Assembly (NCBI GenBank): GCA_965217895.1 | Contig: CBDCJV010000002.1 | Coordinates: 1,280,001-1,344,000 of the forward strand | Source: Waterburya sp. | GTDB taxonomy: Bacteria > Cyanobacteriota > Cyanobacteriia > Cyanobacteriales > Xenococcaceae | Direction: 5' to 3' | DNA length: 64,000 bases | Shown here: piece after piece, positions 50,321 to 60,740 of the stretch | Layout of the letters: the number at the start of each line of letters is the position of its first letter | How positions within the stretch are numbered: the first letter of the stretch is position 1 | Program-made: the position numbers and the translations under genes | Notes under the pieces: generated by a model | Seen by the model: only the letters and a program-made list of their open reading frames with translations | What the model was told of the DNA's origin: nothing | Database searches by the model: none

Positions 50321-51484
50321 TTGAGGAAACTGCCAGTGGTTACAATTTCACATCAATCTACCGTTGATGAACATCACCATCATCATGAATCAGAACCTAA
50401 TCAAAGTAACCGTGTAGCCGTATTATTAATGGGTTACGGGGAAGTTGAAAGCTATAAAGACTTTGCCAACTACAATGAACAGGCTCTTAATCTTTTGACA
50501 GCTAAATTTGCTCCTGTACCTACCTGGATCTATCCTGCGATCGCTAAATTACTAGCGATGTTTGACCTTCACGAATGGAGTCATCAACACAATAATTTTA
50601 TTTCTCCCCACAACGCTATCTTTGAAGAGCAAAGAGCAGGAATTGAAAAAGAATTAAAAGCAACCTGGGGAGAAAAGGTTAAAGTTTTCAAGGCATTTAA
50701 CTTTTGCGCTCCCCATTTACCCGAACAAATATTAGCTGAGATAAAAGAGCAAGGATTCGACAAAATCCTTATTTATCCTCTGCTAGTAGTCGATTCTATC
50801 TTTACTAGCGGTATTGCGGTAGAGCAAGTTAACAAAGCTTTAGCCAATCAAGCCGAGGGAGAATCCCATTGGTTAAAAAATTCTCGCTACATTCCTTCTT
50901 TCTTCAATAAGCCAGACTATGTTAATCTGCTAGCGCAAATGGTAGAAGAAAAAATTGAGGCGGAATTGGCACAGGGACATTTAGCTTCTCAAATTGGCAT
51001 CATTTTGATGAATCATGGTTGTCCCCATAAAGCCAAAGGATTTACGTCGGGAATCTACGAAAGCCAAGCTTTATATGAGTTAGTTCGAGAAAAGCTAATT
51101 GATAAATATCCTCTGATTTCTGTTGGCTGGCTCAACCACGACACCCCATTAATTGAATGGACACAGCCTAATGTTAAATTGGCTGCACAGAATCTACTTG
51201 AATTAGGGGCAACTTCAATAGTTATGATGCCCATTGGCTTTGCCACCGAAAATCATGAAACATTGCTAGACGTAGATCATATTATTCATAATCTACAGCA
51301 CAAGCATTCAGATGTTACCTTTATTCGGATGCCTTGCGTTAACAGTCGCCCTGAATTTATGCAGATGGCAGCAGAGTGGGCAAATCCACAAATTGAGGCA
51401 CTATTAGAAGAATCTGGGATGACGGTTAACCCTCAGTTAGCTAAAACCCAGGCTGCTCACGCTCATTCCCATCATCATCATTAA
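50321..51484 (+). CDS. Ferrochelatase-fold (class II) chelatase with His-rich termini and no CAB domain (likely start GTG 50336)
   Basis: VLLMGYG, SP, YPL, NHGCP, WTQP, PIGFATENHETL; HHHHHH near the N-terminus and HAHSHHHH at the C-terminus; GAGGA precedes GTG 50336. Confidence 0.8.
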   Translation: MRKLPVVTISHQSTVDEHHHHHESEPNQSNRVAVLLMGYGEVESYKDFANYNEQALNLLTAKFAPVPTWIYPAIAKLLAMFDLHEWSHQHNNFISPHNAIFEEQRAGIEKELKATWGEKVKVFKAFNFCAPHLPEQILAEIKEQGFDKILIYPLLVVDSIFTSGIAVEQVNKALANQAEGESHWLKNSRYIPSFFNKPDYVNLLAQMVEEKIEAELAQGHLASQIGIILMNHGCPHKAKGFTSGIYESQALYELVREKLIDKYPLISVGWLNHDTPLIEWTQPNVKLAAQNLLELGATSIVMMPIGFATENHETLLDVDHIIHNLQHKHSDVTFIRMPCVNSRPEFMQMAAEWANPQIEALLEESGMTVNPQLAKTQAAHAHSHHHH

Positions 51485-51508
51485 ATCGCTTCTTATTTTA
51501 ATTTAAGC

Positions 51509-51565
51509 GTAGGGTGGGCATTACGAAATCTGTAAGGCGTGATAATCGATTGGTTAATGCCCACC
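51509..51565. repeat. REP-like element
   Basis: GTAGGGTGGGCATTA...TAATGCCCACC. Confidence 0.65.
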
Positions 51566-51620
51566 ATTATTAAATGTTGGCAATGATTATTTGATGACGA
51601 AGTGGGCAACATAGCTCCTT

Positions 51621-52154
51621 TTAAGCAGTCCAGAAAGGAATTGAAAACAGACCGAACATAATATTAATGGGAAAGGGAACTACAAACACAGTAATCCCAG
51701 TCCAAAAAACCAAAAAGCTGTTCCAAGCGATCGCAAAAGTAACTAGCCAAGTTAACCCTAGTGTAAAATCCTTCGGGGGAATAAAAACTGCAATTGTAGA
51801 CGAGGTTTTTTGCAGCTTAATTTTACTATGGGCTGGCTGTTCAATTATCTCAGCGTCTTTTTTTAAAATAATAGGCTGTTTGAAAGCCTGTAATGCTTCT
51901 GTTGCCGAACAAAAACGGCGATCGCAACTTGGCTTAATCAGCTTACATAACCAATTTTTTAAGACAGGGCTAAGACCAACTTGTTTCTCAAATAATATAC
52001 GTCCATCTTTACTCGGCAAGTCCGTAGGATGCCTGCCTGTAGCCAGATAAATCAAAGTTGCACCCAAACTATAAAGATCCGATGCGGGTGTAGTTTTACC
52101 GCCAAATTGTTCTGGAGGCATATAGCCATAAGTTCCGACTACGGTTATTGTTCC
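51621..52154 (-). pseudogene. Ser/Thr protein kinase remnant (subdomains VIII-XI plus TM region)
   Basis: GTITVVGTYGYMPPEQFGG..SDLYSLGATL; subdomains I-VII absent, replaced by the NRPS 3' end. Confidence 0.85.
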
Positions 52155-52206
52155 TCATCTATATTGCCCATTCAAGATCTAAAAACAACCGATTAATTAA
52201 GCTTAT

Positions 52207-54840
52207 TTACTTTGCTTCAACTTGTTGTAAGCAATCTCGCAGAAGGTTTACAAACACCTGTGCATCAGTTTCTTTGATGAGAAAATTGTGATGTTCTCCA
52301 GGTATTTGATGAATATCAAGACCGCCCAATGCCAGATCGCGCCAGCCTCCATAGGGATCTTGATAGCTTTTGGCTAGCTTTACCTTGGTTTGAAACAGAG
52401 TTACCCTGCCAGAATAAGCAGTTGGTTGATAGAGTGCTGCTGCTTGTCGGTTGATGTTCTCAATTTGGCGACGCAGCAATTGTGAAGAGGGGAGTAGTTG
52501 ACTAACAATTTTGGTATATGCCTGAGCAAGAGGATCGGGAATGGTTTTTTTGATATACCAATTTAATCTTCTCGATACGTAATTAAATTTTTCTTGTTGA
52601 TCTAATTGTTCAATATTTTGTAAATGGGCAGCTAACCAGGTAGCAAGATTGTTTTTTAACTCGACAACACTATAACCATAACAATCAAATAGTCCCAAGA
52701 AAGCTACTTGTTCTCCTAGCTGGTTTAACTGTTGCGCCATTTCCCAAGCTAAAATCCCCCCCAAAGAATGTCCCCCCAGATAATAAGGACCGTTAGGTTG
52801 AACGGTGCGTATTTCCTTAATGTAATGACTAGCCATATCTTCAATACAGATATAGGGTTCGTGTCTTCCATTCAAACCCTGGGACTGTAGCCCGTAGACT
52901 GGGCGATCGCCTTGAAGCTGAAATGCTAGATATTGATAGGAAAAGGTGTGTCCACCCGCATTATGAATGCAAAATAAGGGCGGTTTGAAGCCTAAAGGTT
53001 GGATCGGCACCAGAGACGATGGGGAATTAACAGGCTCAACCTGCTCTAGCATCTCGGCTAATTGAACAATGGTTGGTGCTTGAAAAATAGTTGCCAGAGG
53101 TAAGTTTTTACCAAGCTGCTTTTCTATCTGAGTAAATAAACGGGCGGCCAAAATGGAAGTACCCCCTAATTCAAAATAATTGTCTTTGACTCCAATTTGC
53201 TTGATGCCTAAAACTTTTTGCCAAATTTGACTTAATTTTTTTTCCCGCTGATTTCTGGGTGCAACATAGTCTGTAGCTAGGGACTGTCGCTTGAGAGATG
53301 GTGCAGGTAAAGCAGCCAGATCTAGTTTGCCATTGGCAGTTAATGGCAGTTGCTGGATCTGGACAAAGTATTGGGGTATAGCATACTTAGGTAAATGTCC
53401 CTTGAGAAAAGAACGCAACTTGGCGATCGCAATTTGCTGTTTAAATACTAGATAAGCTACCAGAATTTGCCGTTGGGCTATATCTTCTCTGAGAACTACC
53501 ACCACTTCGCTAACAGCCTGATGTTTGCCTAAAACTGCCTCAATTCCTCCTAATTCCACCCGAAAACCGCGAATTTTGACTTGGCGATCGCCTCTACCCA
53601 AAAATTCTAGCTGTCCATCAGGGAGATAGCGAGCGCGATCGCCTGTCCGATAAAGTCTTGCCTTTGGTTGAGAGCTAAAAGGATCGGCGATAAATTTTTG
53701 AGCATTTAACTCTGGTTTATTCAAATATCCCCGCGCGATCGCTTTTCCGCCTATATACATTTCTCCTGGAGTACCAAAAGAAACTGGCTGCCGTGACTCA
53801 TCTAATAAATGAATGGTGACATGGGGAAGAGGTGAACCGATTATACTTCGTTGAGCATGGTCGATATCTTGGGCTTTGAGCCGCTTATAGGTCACTTCTC
53901 CCGCTGTTTCGCACATAGCATACATATTTACTAGCTGAGGCTGATCATCTCCATGATTAGCTACCCAAGACTTGAGCAAATAAGGCTCTAATGCTTCACC
54001 GCTAAAAACTATAAACCGTAGGGATAATGATTTATCAATAGCGCAATCAGCACGCACAAATAAGTTAAAAGCAGAGGGAGTCTGACTAAGAACAGTTACC
54101 TTTTCTCGATGCACCAAATCATAAAATTCTTCAGCAGCAGCGCAGATATATTGCGGCACAATGATTAACTTTCCTCCATGGAGCAAAGCACCCCAAATTT
54201 CCCAAACTGAAAAACCAAAGGAATAGGAGTGAAACATCGTCCAAATATCTTGGTTATTGAACGGCAGCTTGGTTGCTACTGCCTCAAAGAGACTAGCTAC
54301 ATTGCCGTGGGTAGCCATCACCCCTTTGGATTTACCCGTAGAGCCTGAAGTATAAATTACAAAGAGTAAATTATCTGGAGAAATATTTAGGGTTGGAGCT
54401 TGTTGAGTTTGTTGGGCAATCTTGTCAGCATCACGATCTAACAAAACGACCATAGCCCGATGATTAAAATTATGCTCTAAATCAGACTCAGAGATGATTA
54501 TGGGGGCTTGACTATCCTCTAATATATAAGCCAGACGTTCTGAAGGATAATTTGGGTCTAATGGTAAGTAAGCTCCTCCTGCTTTGAGAATAGCTAGAAT
54601 GCTAACAATAGTATCAATCGACCTCTCAACGCACAAGCCGACAATTGTTTCGGCAACAACTCCTAGCTGTAAAAGATGATTGGCAAGCTGATTAGCTCGG
54701 CAATCTAATTGTCTGTAGCTTAAAATTGCTTCACCGTAGCTAACCGCAGGAGCATCAGGATTTTGGGTTACTTGCTGAGAAAATAGTTGATGTAGAGAGG
54801 TATTTGTTTTCCGTTGATTATCGCTAGCAGGATAATTCAT
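52207..54840 (-). CDS. Stand-alone A-T-TE NRPS-like enzyme
   Basis: YTSGSTGKSKG, LYRTGD, QVKIRGFRVEL, NGKLD; T domain GGTSI; TE GHSLGG; no C domain. Confidence 0.92.
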   Translation of the reverse strand: MNYPASDNQRKTNTSLHQLFSQQVTQNPDAPAVSYGEAILSYRQLDCRANQLANHLLQLGVVAETIVGLCVERSIDTIVSILAILKAGGAYLPLDPNYPSERLAYILEDSQAPIIISESDLEHNFNHRAMVVLLDRDADKIAQQTQQAPTLNISPDNLLFVIYTSGSTGKSKGVMATHGNVASLFEAVATKLPFNNQDIWTMFHSYSFGFSVWEIWGALLHGGKLIIVPQYICAAAEEFYDLVHREKVTVLSQTPSAFNLFVRADCAIDKSLSLRFIVFSGEALEPYLLKSWVANHGDDQPQLVNMYAMCETAGEVTYKRLKAQDIDHAQRSIIGSPLPHVTIHLLDESRQPVSFGTPGEMYIGGKAIARGYLNKPELNAQKFIADPFSSQPKARLYRTGDRARYLPDGQLEFLGRGDRQVKIRGFRVELGGIEAVLGKHQAVSEVVVVLREDIAQRQILVAYLVFKQQIAIAKLRSFLKGHLPKYAIPQYFVQIQQLPLTANGKLDLAALPAPSLKRQSLATDYVAPRNQREKKLSQIWQKVLGIKQIGVKDNYFELGGTSILAARLFTQIEKQLGKNLPLATIFQAPTIVQLAEMLEQVEPVNSPSSLVPIQPLGFKPPLFCIHNAGGHTFSYQYLAFQLQGDRPVYGLQSQGLNGRHEPYICIEDMASHYIKEIRTVQPNGPYYLGGHSLGGILAWEMAQQLNQLGEQVAFLGLFDCYGYSVVELKNNLATWLAAHLQNIEQLDQQEKFNYVSRRLNWYIKKTIPDPLAQAYTKIVSQLLPSSQLLRRQIENINRQAAALYQPTAYSGRVTLFQTKVKLAKSYQDPYGGWRDLALGGLDIHQIPGEHHNFLIKETDAQVFVNLLRDCLQQVEAK

Positions 54841-54845
54841 AGACT

Positions 54846-55694
54846 TTAGTTATGGCTACTGGCACGTTTAGCAACTAAAACAATACCATCATCATTAATC
54901 GCCTGACTGTTCAGAAAATGCTGACTTAACTTATTTTCTAGCAACTGCTGAATCTCATTGGCGCGGGGATGCTGATGGTAACACAGTCTTTGTAAAAGAG
55001 ACTTAGCTGCTTGCGTTCTAGACTCTACCGTTGGTTTATTAAATTCTAAAGGAATAGAAACTGAGTGCATTTCAATGTCTGCAAAACCATTGAGTTCTAA
55101 AATACTGGCTGCTAAAGCGAGTAAATAACCATGATGGGTAGGCTGCTTGCCAGTTAGTAAAGCGCAATCGTTAAGTAAAGAGGCAACTTGATTCCAAGGT
55201 GCTGCTTGGACAAGGATAATTTGCGAGTCCCGATTCTCTCGGCAAACTCTCGCCATTTCTGCAATACACAGAGCAGGATCTTCAGAATATTGTAATACCC
55301 AGGTAGCAATAACAGCATCAAATGAATGGCGATCAAAAGGTAAATCTTCTCCTCTTCCTAAAATAATCTCAATCGGACTATTACTTTCGATTAGGGCAGC
55401 ATTATCGGCATCTGGTTCAACTACGGTACATTTACCATAACGTTGGGCGATCGCCGTTGTCAATAACCCAGTGCCACCGCCAATGTCAAGAATATCATCA
55501 CATCCTGACAATAGCTGTAAAAGCAATTTTATTTCAGCTTCAGGTTTAAGTCGCTGGGCAAATTCTACCCAACCTTCATGAAACAAGGACTTTGCTCCTC
55601 CATATGTATTAGGAAAAGCGATTTGTGGGTTACAAAAAGGATGCTGTCGCCAGCGATTAGAAATTTGCGGATGGGTATTCGTAGCTATATTCAT
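54846..55694 (-). CDS. Class I SAM-dependent methyltransferase
   Basis: ILDIGGGTG, GEDLPF..SFDAV, EMARV; ends 5 nt before the NRPS start. Confidence 0.88.
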   Translation of the reverse strand: MNIATNTHPQISNRWRQHPFCNPQIAFPNTYGGAKSLFHEGWVEFAQRLKPEAEIKLLLQLLSGCDDILDIGGGTGLLTTAIAQRYGKCTVVEPDADNAALIESNSPIEIILGRGEDLPFDRHSFDAVIATWVLQYSEDPALCIAEMARVCRENRDSQIILVQAAPWNQVASLLNDCALLTGKQPTHHGYLLALAASILELNGFADIEMHSVSIPLEFNKPTVESRTQAAKSLLQRLCYHQHPRANEIQQLLENKLSQHFLNSQAINDDGIVLVAKRASSHN

Positions 55695-56424
55695 TATCTA
55701 TTTTTATGAAGGCGATTGCTTTTTTATAAAGTTTTAACTTTAAAATAAACCTGCTTGGTTATATTATTGAGGTTAAATATTCAAGTTTAATACATAAATA
55801 AAACCAATGTATATTCAACATTTAAGTTAATTAAAGTTATTTTCCCAAGATGTTATTGAAACACAGTTAAATAATCATTATTTATTTAATATTATTTTCA
55901 GATATTTTAATAAACATAGTGAACATTATTTCAGGTTTAAAGTCAATAGTGTTTAACAGTATTCAGCTAAATTCTTAACTTAAATTAAATATTACTCAAA
56001 TTATTATCAATATAGATCAATATATACAGATCTATAGTCCAAATAGTCAATAATAGGTCTATATCTAGACTTGTACAGTACAAAGAAGCTAAAAAGTATT
56101 TACCTTATTTTTAACTATTGTGCTGGTATATTGCTCGCAAAACGTAGCATTTGATAATTTCTAGATCGACGTTGCAAAATTAACTAATGCTATAGAAAAT
56201 CCGTTTAATTGTTATAAAAACATTAAATTTGTTTATTTATTTTAATGGTTTTCTTAGGCAATGTTTATTACTGGTGTTGATAGTTGGATACTTATCAAAA
56301 GCTTATAAAAGAGCAAATGTTCTGTCATCTTGCCGTAGTAATCGCTTATTTTAAGCGAAATTATGAAAAATAGTAAAAATATCAATCTCATCAAATTTAA
56401 TAAACACCTGCTTCTTGAGGAATA

Positions 56425-56892
56425 ATGATAGAAAATTCAACACTTACTCTTTCAAAAAATACCAACGAGTATCATTCTGCCGATCTAGCTAAGAAAGACA
56501 TTTATGGTCAAGCAACTGAAACTCGCAACCACTGGAAGTCATTAATTTTTGAATATTTAATTTCAGCACAATTCTATCGTCAACACTCAAATCCGCCTCT
56601 TTGGACAGATTACCACTATCATAATTTTCAGGTAACTCTAACCTTGACTTCTCCCTGCAACAAAGCAGATTTATATGGTGTAGATATGATTGAAGCCCAA
56701 AAAATTTTAGAGGCAGTATGTGAGCAAATTCCCAGTAAGGTAAACGAATTACCTGAATGTATCAACGGCACAACAGAACAGCTTTGTTTGTATTTTGCTT
56801 CTCAGGTTAGGTTCAAAGATCCCCAAGTACAGATTAAATCTGTGAGCGTATCCGAGACTCCTGAAAGAGTGACCAAAATAAGTTTCGCTTGA
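56425..56892 (+). CDS. Divergent QueD/PTPS-like T-fold protein
   Basis: HYHNFQVTLTL, GVDM, NELP..NGTTEQL, VSVSETP align by eye with QueD HGHNY, VDF, PTAENL, VWETP; GAGG RBS. Confidence 0.65.
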   Translation: MIENSTLTLSKNTNEYHSADLAKKDIYGQATETRNHWKSLIFEYLISAQFYRQHSNPPLWTDYHYHNFQVTLTLTSPCNKADLYGVDMIEAQKILEAVCEQIPSKVNELPECINGTTEQLCLYFASQVRFKDPQVQIKSVSVSETPERVTKISFA

Positions 56893-56928
56893 AGAAATCG
56901 GCTTGATTGGTTTTATTCATTAAAAAAA

Positions 56929-57008
56929 GCGATGCAGCACGTTGTGAGGGTCACATACAGCTAAAGCCTTTGTCCCATTGTAGCAACTGTATTTGTGAGC
57001 GATCGCCT
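56929..57008. repeat. Small dispersed repeat composite bounded by HIP1-like sequences
   Basis: GCGATGCAGCACGTTG...GCAACTGTAT...GCGATCGC with the 21-nt unit at 56953-56973. Confidence 0.65.
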
Positions 57009-57069
57009 GCTATAATTACTTTGGTAGCGATCGCTTTTTTGAAATTAAACTCGATCTTGTTTGCCCAGG

Positions 57070-58413
57070 CTATGCCGATTCAGGCTTGCGATAAGAAGTT
57101 GGATGGATAATCAACTCAGCAGTAGAGCGTTTTTCTACCATTTCTTCGGTAATAACGCATTTACTCAAATCTTTACGAGAGGGAATTTCGTACATCATAT
57201 CTAGCATCAATTCTTCGACGATACCCCGTAAAGCTCTCGCACCCGTTTTACGACGATAAGCCTCTTTGGCTAAGGCTTTGATTGCACCTTCGGTAAACTC
57301 AAGCTCAATGTTATCCATTCCCAGCAGCTTTTTATACTGTTTGACAATAGCATTTTTAGGTTTAGTCAATATCTGGACTAACGTAGCTTCGTCTAAAGGT
57401 TCTAAGGCTGCGGTAACGGGAATTCTACCCACAAACTCAGGAATCATGCCGAACTTAACTAGGTCGTCTAACTCCAACTTCTGTAATATGTCGGCGGTAC
57501 GCTTTTCCTTGGAAGGAGGATTTTCTCCCTTCTGAATAAAGCCCATTGACTTTTTACCCAGACGACGCTCTACTACCTTATCTAAGCCAACAAATGCACC
57601 ACCACAAATAAACAAAATATTCTTGGTATCAATTTGAATACAGTCTTGATAAGGATGCTTACGACCACCTTGGGGTGGTACATTAGCTACTGTCCCTTCT
57701 AACATTTTAAGTAATGCTTGCTGTACCCCTTCACCTGAAACATCGCGGGTAATTGAAGCATTCTCGCTTTTACGAGCTATTTTATCAATTTCGTCAATAT
57801 AGATAATGCCTCGCTGCGCCTCTTCTACATCTAAGTCAGCTACCTGTAACAAACGAAGTAGAATATTTTCCACATCTTCTCCCACATATCCCGCTTCGGT
57901 AAGGGTAGTAGCATCGGCAACGGCAAAAGGCACTTGTAAAACTTTAGCTAGAGTTTGTGCCAAAAGGGTCTTACCACAGCCTGTAGGACCAATTAAGAGA
58001 ACATTAGACTTTTGTAGCTCTACGGGGTCATCAGCATCCTTGGCTTTATTAGCCAAGCTGAGACGTTTGTAATGATTATACACCCCAACAGAAAGAACTT
58101 TTTTTGCTTCTTCCTGACCAATTACGTGTTCGTCTAAACAGCTTTTTATCTCAATTGGCTTGGGAATGTCTCCAAAAGAAATGCCACCCGATTTTGACTT
58201 TTTCTTTTTGGCTGGTTTTGCTTCAGGATTTCCCGATACCGCAGCCGAAGAGACTACAGCCCCTTCTTCAATCAACTCCTCATCTAAAATTTCGTTACAC
58301 AGTTCAACACATTCATCACAAATATAAACTCCAGGTCCTGCAATTAACTTTCTGACTTGTTCTTGTGATTTTCCGCAAAATGAACATTTTAGATGGGAGT
58401 CGTATTTAGACAT
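57070..58413 (-). CDS. clpX: ATP-dependent Clp protease ATP-binding subunit
   Basis: CSFCGK..ICDEC zinc finger, [31 protein letters not shown]. Confidence 0.98.
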   Translation of the reverse strand: MSKYDSHLKCSFCGKSQEQVRKLIAGPGVYICDECVELCNEILDEELIEEGAVVSSAAVSGNPEAKPAKKKKSKSGGISFGDIPKPIEIKSCLDEHVIGQEEAKKVLSVGVYNHYKRLSLANKAKDADDPVELQKSNVLLIGPTGCGKTLLAQTLAKVLQVPFAVADATTLTEAGYVGEDVENILLRLLQVADLDVEEAQRGIIYIDEIDKIARKSENASITRDVSGEGVQQALLKMLEGTVANVPPQGGRKHPYQDCIQIDTKNILFICGGAFVGLDKVVERRLGKKSMGFIQKGENPPSKEKRTADILQKLELDDLVKFGMIPEFVGRIPVTAALEPLDEATLVQILTKPKNAIVKQYKKLLGMDNIELEFTEGAIKALAKEAYRRKTGARALRGIVEELMLDMMYEIPSRKDLSKCVITEEMVEKRSTAELIIHPTSYRKPESA

Positions 58414-58440
58414 ATATACCTCGTACTATTTAGGGCAATT

Positions 58441-59142
58441 TTAGGTGGGTGAGCTTAACGCTTCTGGCTTAATAATGACTTTATCAATTAAGCCATATTC
58501 CACAGCGTCCTCGGACGACATATAGAAATCTCTTTCTGTATCGGCAGCTATCTTATCAAAAGGTTGATTAGTATGTCCTGCAATCAGTTCATTAAGTCTT
58601 TGTTTGATATAAAGAATTTCTTTTGCCTGGATTTCGATATCTGATGCCTGTCCTTGAGCGCCTCCTAAAGGTTGGTGGATCATAATTCGCGAACTAGGCA
58701 ACGCCATGCGCTTCCCTTTTGTACCACCAGATAGTAAAAAAGCACCCATACTGGCAGCAATTCCATAACAAATTGTTACAACATCGGGCTGAATTTGCTG
58801 CATGGTGTCGTATATTGCCAATCCTGAATAGACCGAACCACCAGGGGAATTGATATATATTTGAATATCCTTTTCAGGATCTTCAGCCTCTAAATACAAT
58901 AGCTGAGCCACAACCGAATCGGCTACTTTATCATCGATAGCCGTACCTAAGAAGATAATGCGTTCTCGCAAAAGACGAGAATAGATATCAAAGGCTCGTT
59001 CGCCAATTCCAGACTGTTCTACAACCATTGGCACTACGTTACCATTGGGTTGAGAAGACTGGATCTCAGGAATATTATTATTAACTTGAAAGCCGTAATT
59101 TGAAAGCGATTTCAACATAGGTTCTTGCCAAAAATTTTTCAC
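58441..59142 (-). CDS. clpP: Clp protease proteolytic subunit (possible start ATG 59118)
   Basis: [34 protein letters not shown]. Confidence 0.97.
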   Translation of the reverse strand: MKNFWQEPMLKSLSNYGFQVNNNIPEIQSSQPNGNVVPMVVEQSGIGERAFDIYSRLLRERIIFLGTAIDDKVADSVVAQLLYLEAEDPEKDIQIYINSPGGSVYSGLAIYDTMQQIQPDVVTICYGIAASMGAFLLSGGTKGKRMALPSSRIMIHQPLGGAQGQASDIEIQAKEILYIKQRLNELIAGHTNQPFDKIAADTERDFYMSSEDAVEYGLIDKVIIKPEALSSPT

Positions 59143-59261
59143 TAATAAAAATATGTTCTTAAATTAAGCTTGCATAACTATGTTCAGCTAAGAGATATCT
59201 TTAACTCTTTTATTTATTATGCCTTAACTAAATTACGATCAGTTGCCGAATTAAGGTGAGG

Positions 59262-59314
59262 TTACCTGGAAAGACAGGTAAATAATTGTCAGCATTTCTA
59301 TCTTTCCCAGGTAA
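59262..59314 (-). terminator. Hairpin between tig and clpP (terminator or processing site)
   Basis: TTACCTGGAAAGA ... TCTTTCCCAGGTAA imperfect inverted repeat. Confidence 0.4.
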
Positions 59315-59348
59315 TTTTTATTCAGAACCTATTTTCCTTATTTACGGC

Positions 59349-60740
59349 TTATTCAGAATCTTCTAATACTTCAACTTCAGCCGTTTCCACCTCCTCATCA
59401 GCATCCGCTTCTTCAGCCAAAGAACCTTCTGAGACAAGCTCTACTTGAGCTTTGTCCCGTAACCACTTAAAGGTGTTTTCGCTCAACAAGTCTTGAGTAA
59501 CCATTTCCTTTAAACGGTCTTCATCAACTTCTTGCCCAGTCAATTGTGGTCTAATTTCCGCTATTTTGGCTTCGATTGCTGAGCGATCTGGCTCTAAGCC
59601 TTCTTTTTTAGCTATTTCCTTAAGTATTAAAGACTTTTTGAGATTAGTCAAAGCTTCAGGGCGAGCATTGTCCCTCAGCATGGGAACATTATCAGAATTA
59701 AATAGCTGTCTTACGTCTAATCCCATCTGCTGCATCTGCATTAGGGTTTTAGTGAGAACATTAGTTACTTCTTCTTGAACCAAAGATTCTGGTAAGTCTA
59801 TAGTGTTCTGTTCTAATAAAGCAGCCGCGATCGCATCATTTATATTATTATTGGTTTGATCTTCTGCTTGCTCTTTAAACCGTTTCTCTAAAGATTCTTT
59901 ATAGGCAGTCATGGTTTCAAACTCTTCGTCAGTGACTTCCTGAGCAAAGTCATCATCTAACTCAGGCAATTCTTTAGTTTTCAATTCATTTAGAGTAATA
60001 CTAAAGACTGCTGATTTACCCGCCAAATCCTCCTGGGGATAATCTTCAGGAAAAGTTACCGCCACTTCTTTGGTTTCTTCGGGCTTCATGTCCACAATTC
60101 CTTCAACCATGCCAGGAATTAATTTTCCTTCTACCAGTTCTACCTGGAAGTTAGTAGCACTACCTCCTTCGATTTCTTGACCTTCTTCCCCCTCGGCGGT
60201 TAGCGTGCCTTTAAAATCTACAAAAGCAACATCTCCCATAACTGCTGTACGGTCTTCTACGGGAACTAAGTCAGCTTTTTGCTCACGACGTTGCTCGATA
60301 AATTCATCTACTTTTTCAGGCTTGTAGACTATTTCTTCAGCCTTGACATTTAGACTGCCATAATCAGCAAGTTCTACAGATGGTGGCACATCTACCGCAA
60401 TTGAAAAAGTAAATGTATCTCCTGGATTATATTGCACCAACAATTCTTCAAAATTAGAGCGCAAATTTGGTTGACCAAGAGCTTCGATAGACTCTTGTTC
60501 AATAGCATCCTGTAATGACTTTTGAATTAATTCTTCTAAAGCAGCAGCTTTAATCCGCTCATTGCCAATTCTTTGTAACAAAACCTGACGTGGTACTTTC
60601 CCTTTGCGAAACCCAGGAATATTGCTGGAACGGGAAAGGTTTTGCACCATTTTCTCATAGGCACTGCGAGATGCTTCAGGTGCGATTTCTATATTTAAAC
60701 CTAATTGACTTTCAGGAAGTCTCTCCTGGGTTACTTTCAT
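59349..60740 (-). CDS. tig: Trigger factor
   Basis: IPGFRKGKVP ribosome-binding signature, FKBP domain, tig-clpP-clpX synteny. Confidence 0.97.
   Translation of the reverse strand: MKVTQERLPESQLGLNIEIAPEASRSAYEKMVQNLSRSSNIPGFRKGKVPRQVLLQRIGNERIKAAALEELIQKSLQDAIEQESIEALGQPNLRSNFEELLVQYNPGDTFTFSIAVDVPPSVELADYGSLNVKAEEIVYKPEKVDEFIEQRREQKADLVPVEDRTAVMGDVAFVDFKGTLTAEGEEGQEIEGGSATNFQVELVEGKLIPGMVEGIVDMKPEETKEVAVTFPEDYPQEDLAGKSAVFSITLNELKTKELPELDDDFAQEVTDEEFETMTAYKESLEKRFKEQAEDQTNNNINDAIAAALLEQNTIDLPESLVQEEVTNVLTKTLMQMQQMGLDVRQLFNSDNVPMLRDNARPEALTNLKKSLILKEIAKKEGLEPDRSAIEAKIAEIRPQLTGQEVDEDRLKEMVTQDLLSENTFKWLRDKAQVELVSEGSLAEEADADEEVETAEVEVLEDSE

Noticed and set aside
52207..54840. Calling the A-T-TE enzyme MysE (shinorine synthesis)
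   Set aside because: Same architecture, but no mysABC neighbours and the pocket lacks the Asp expected for serine activation
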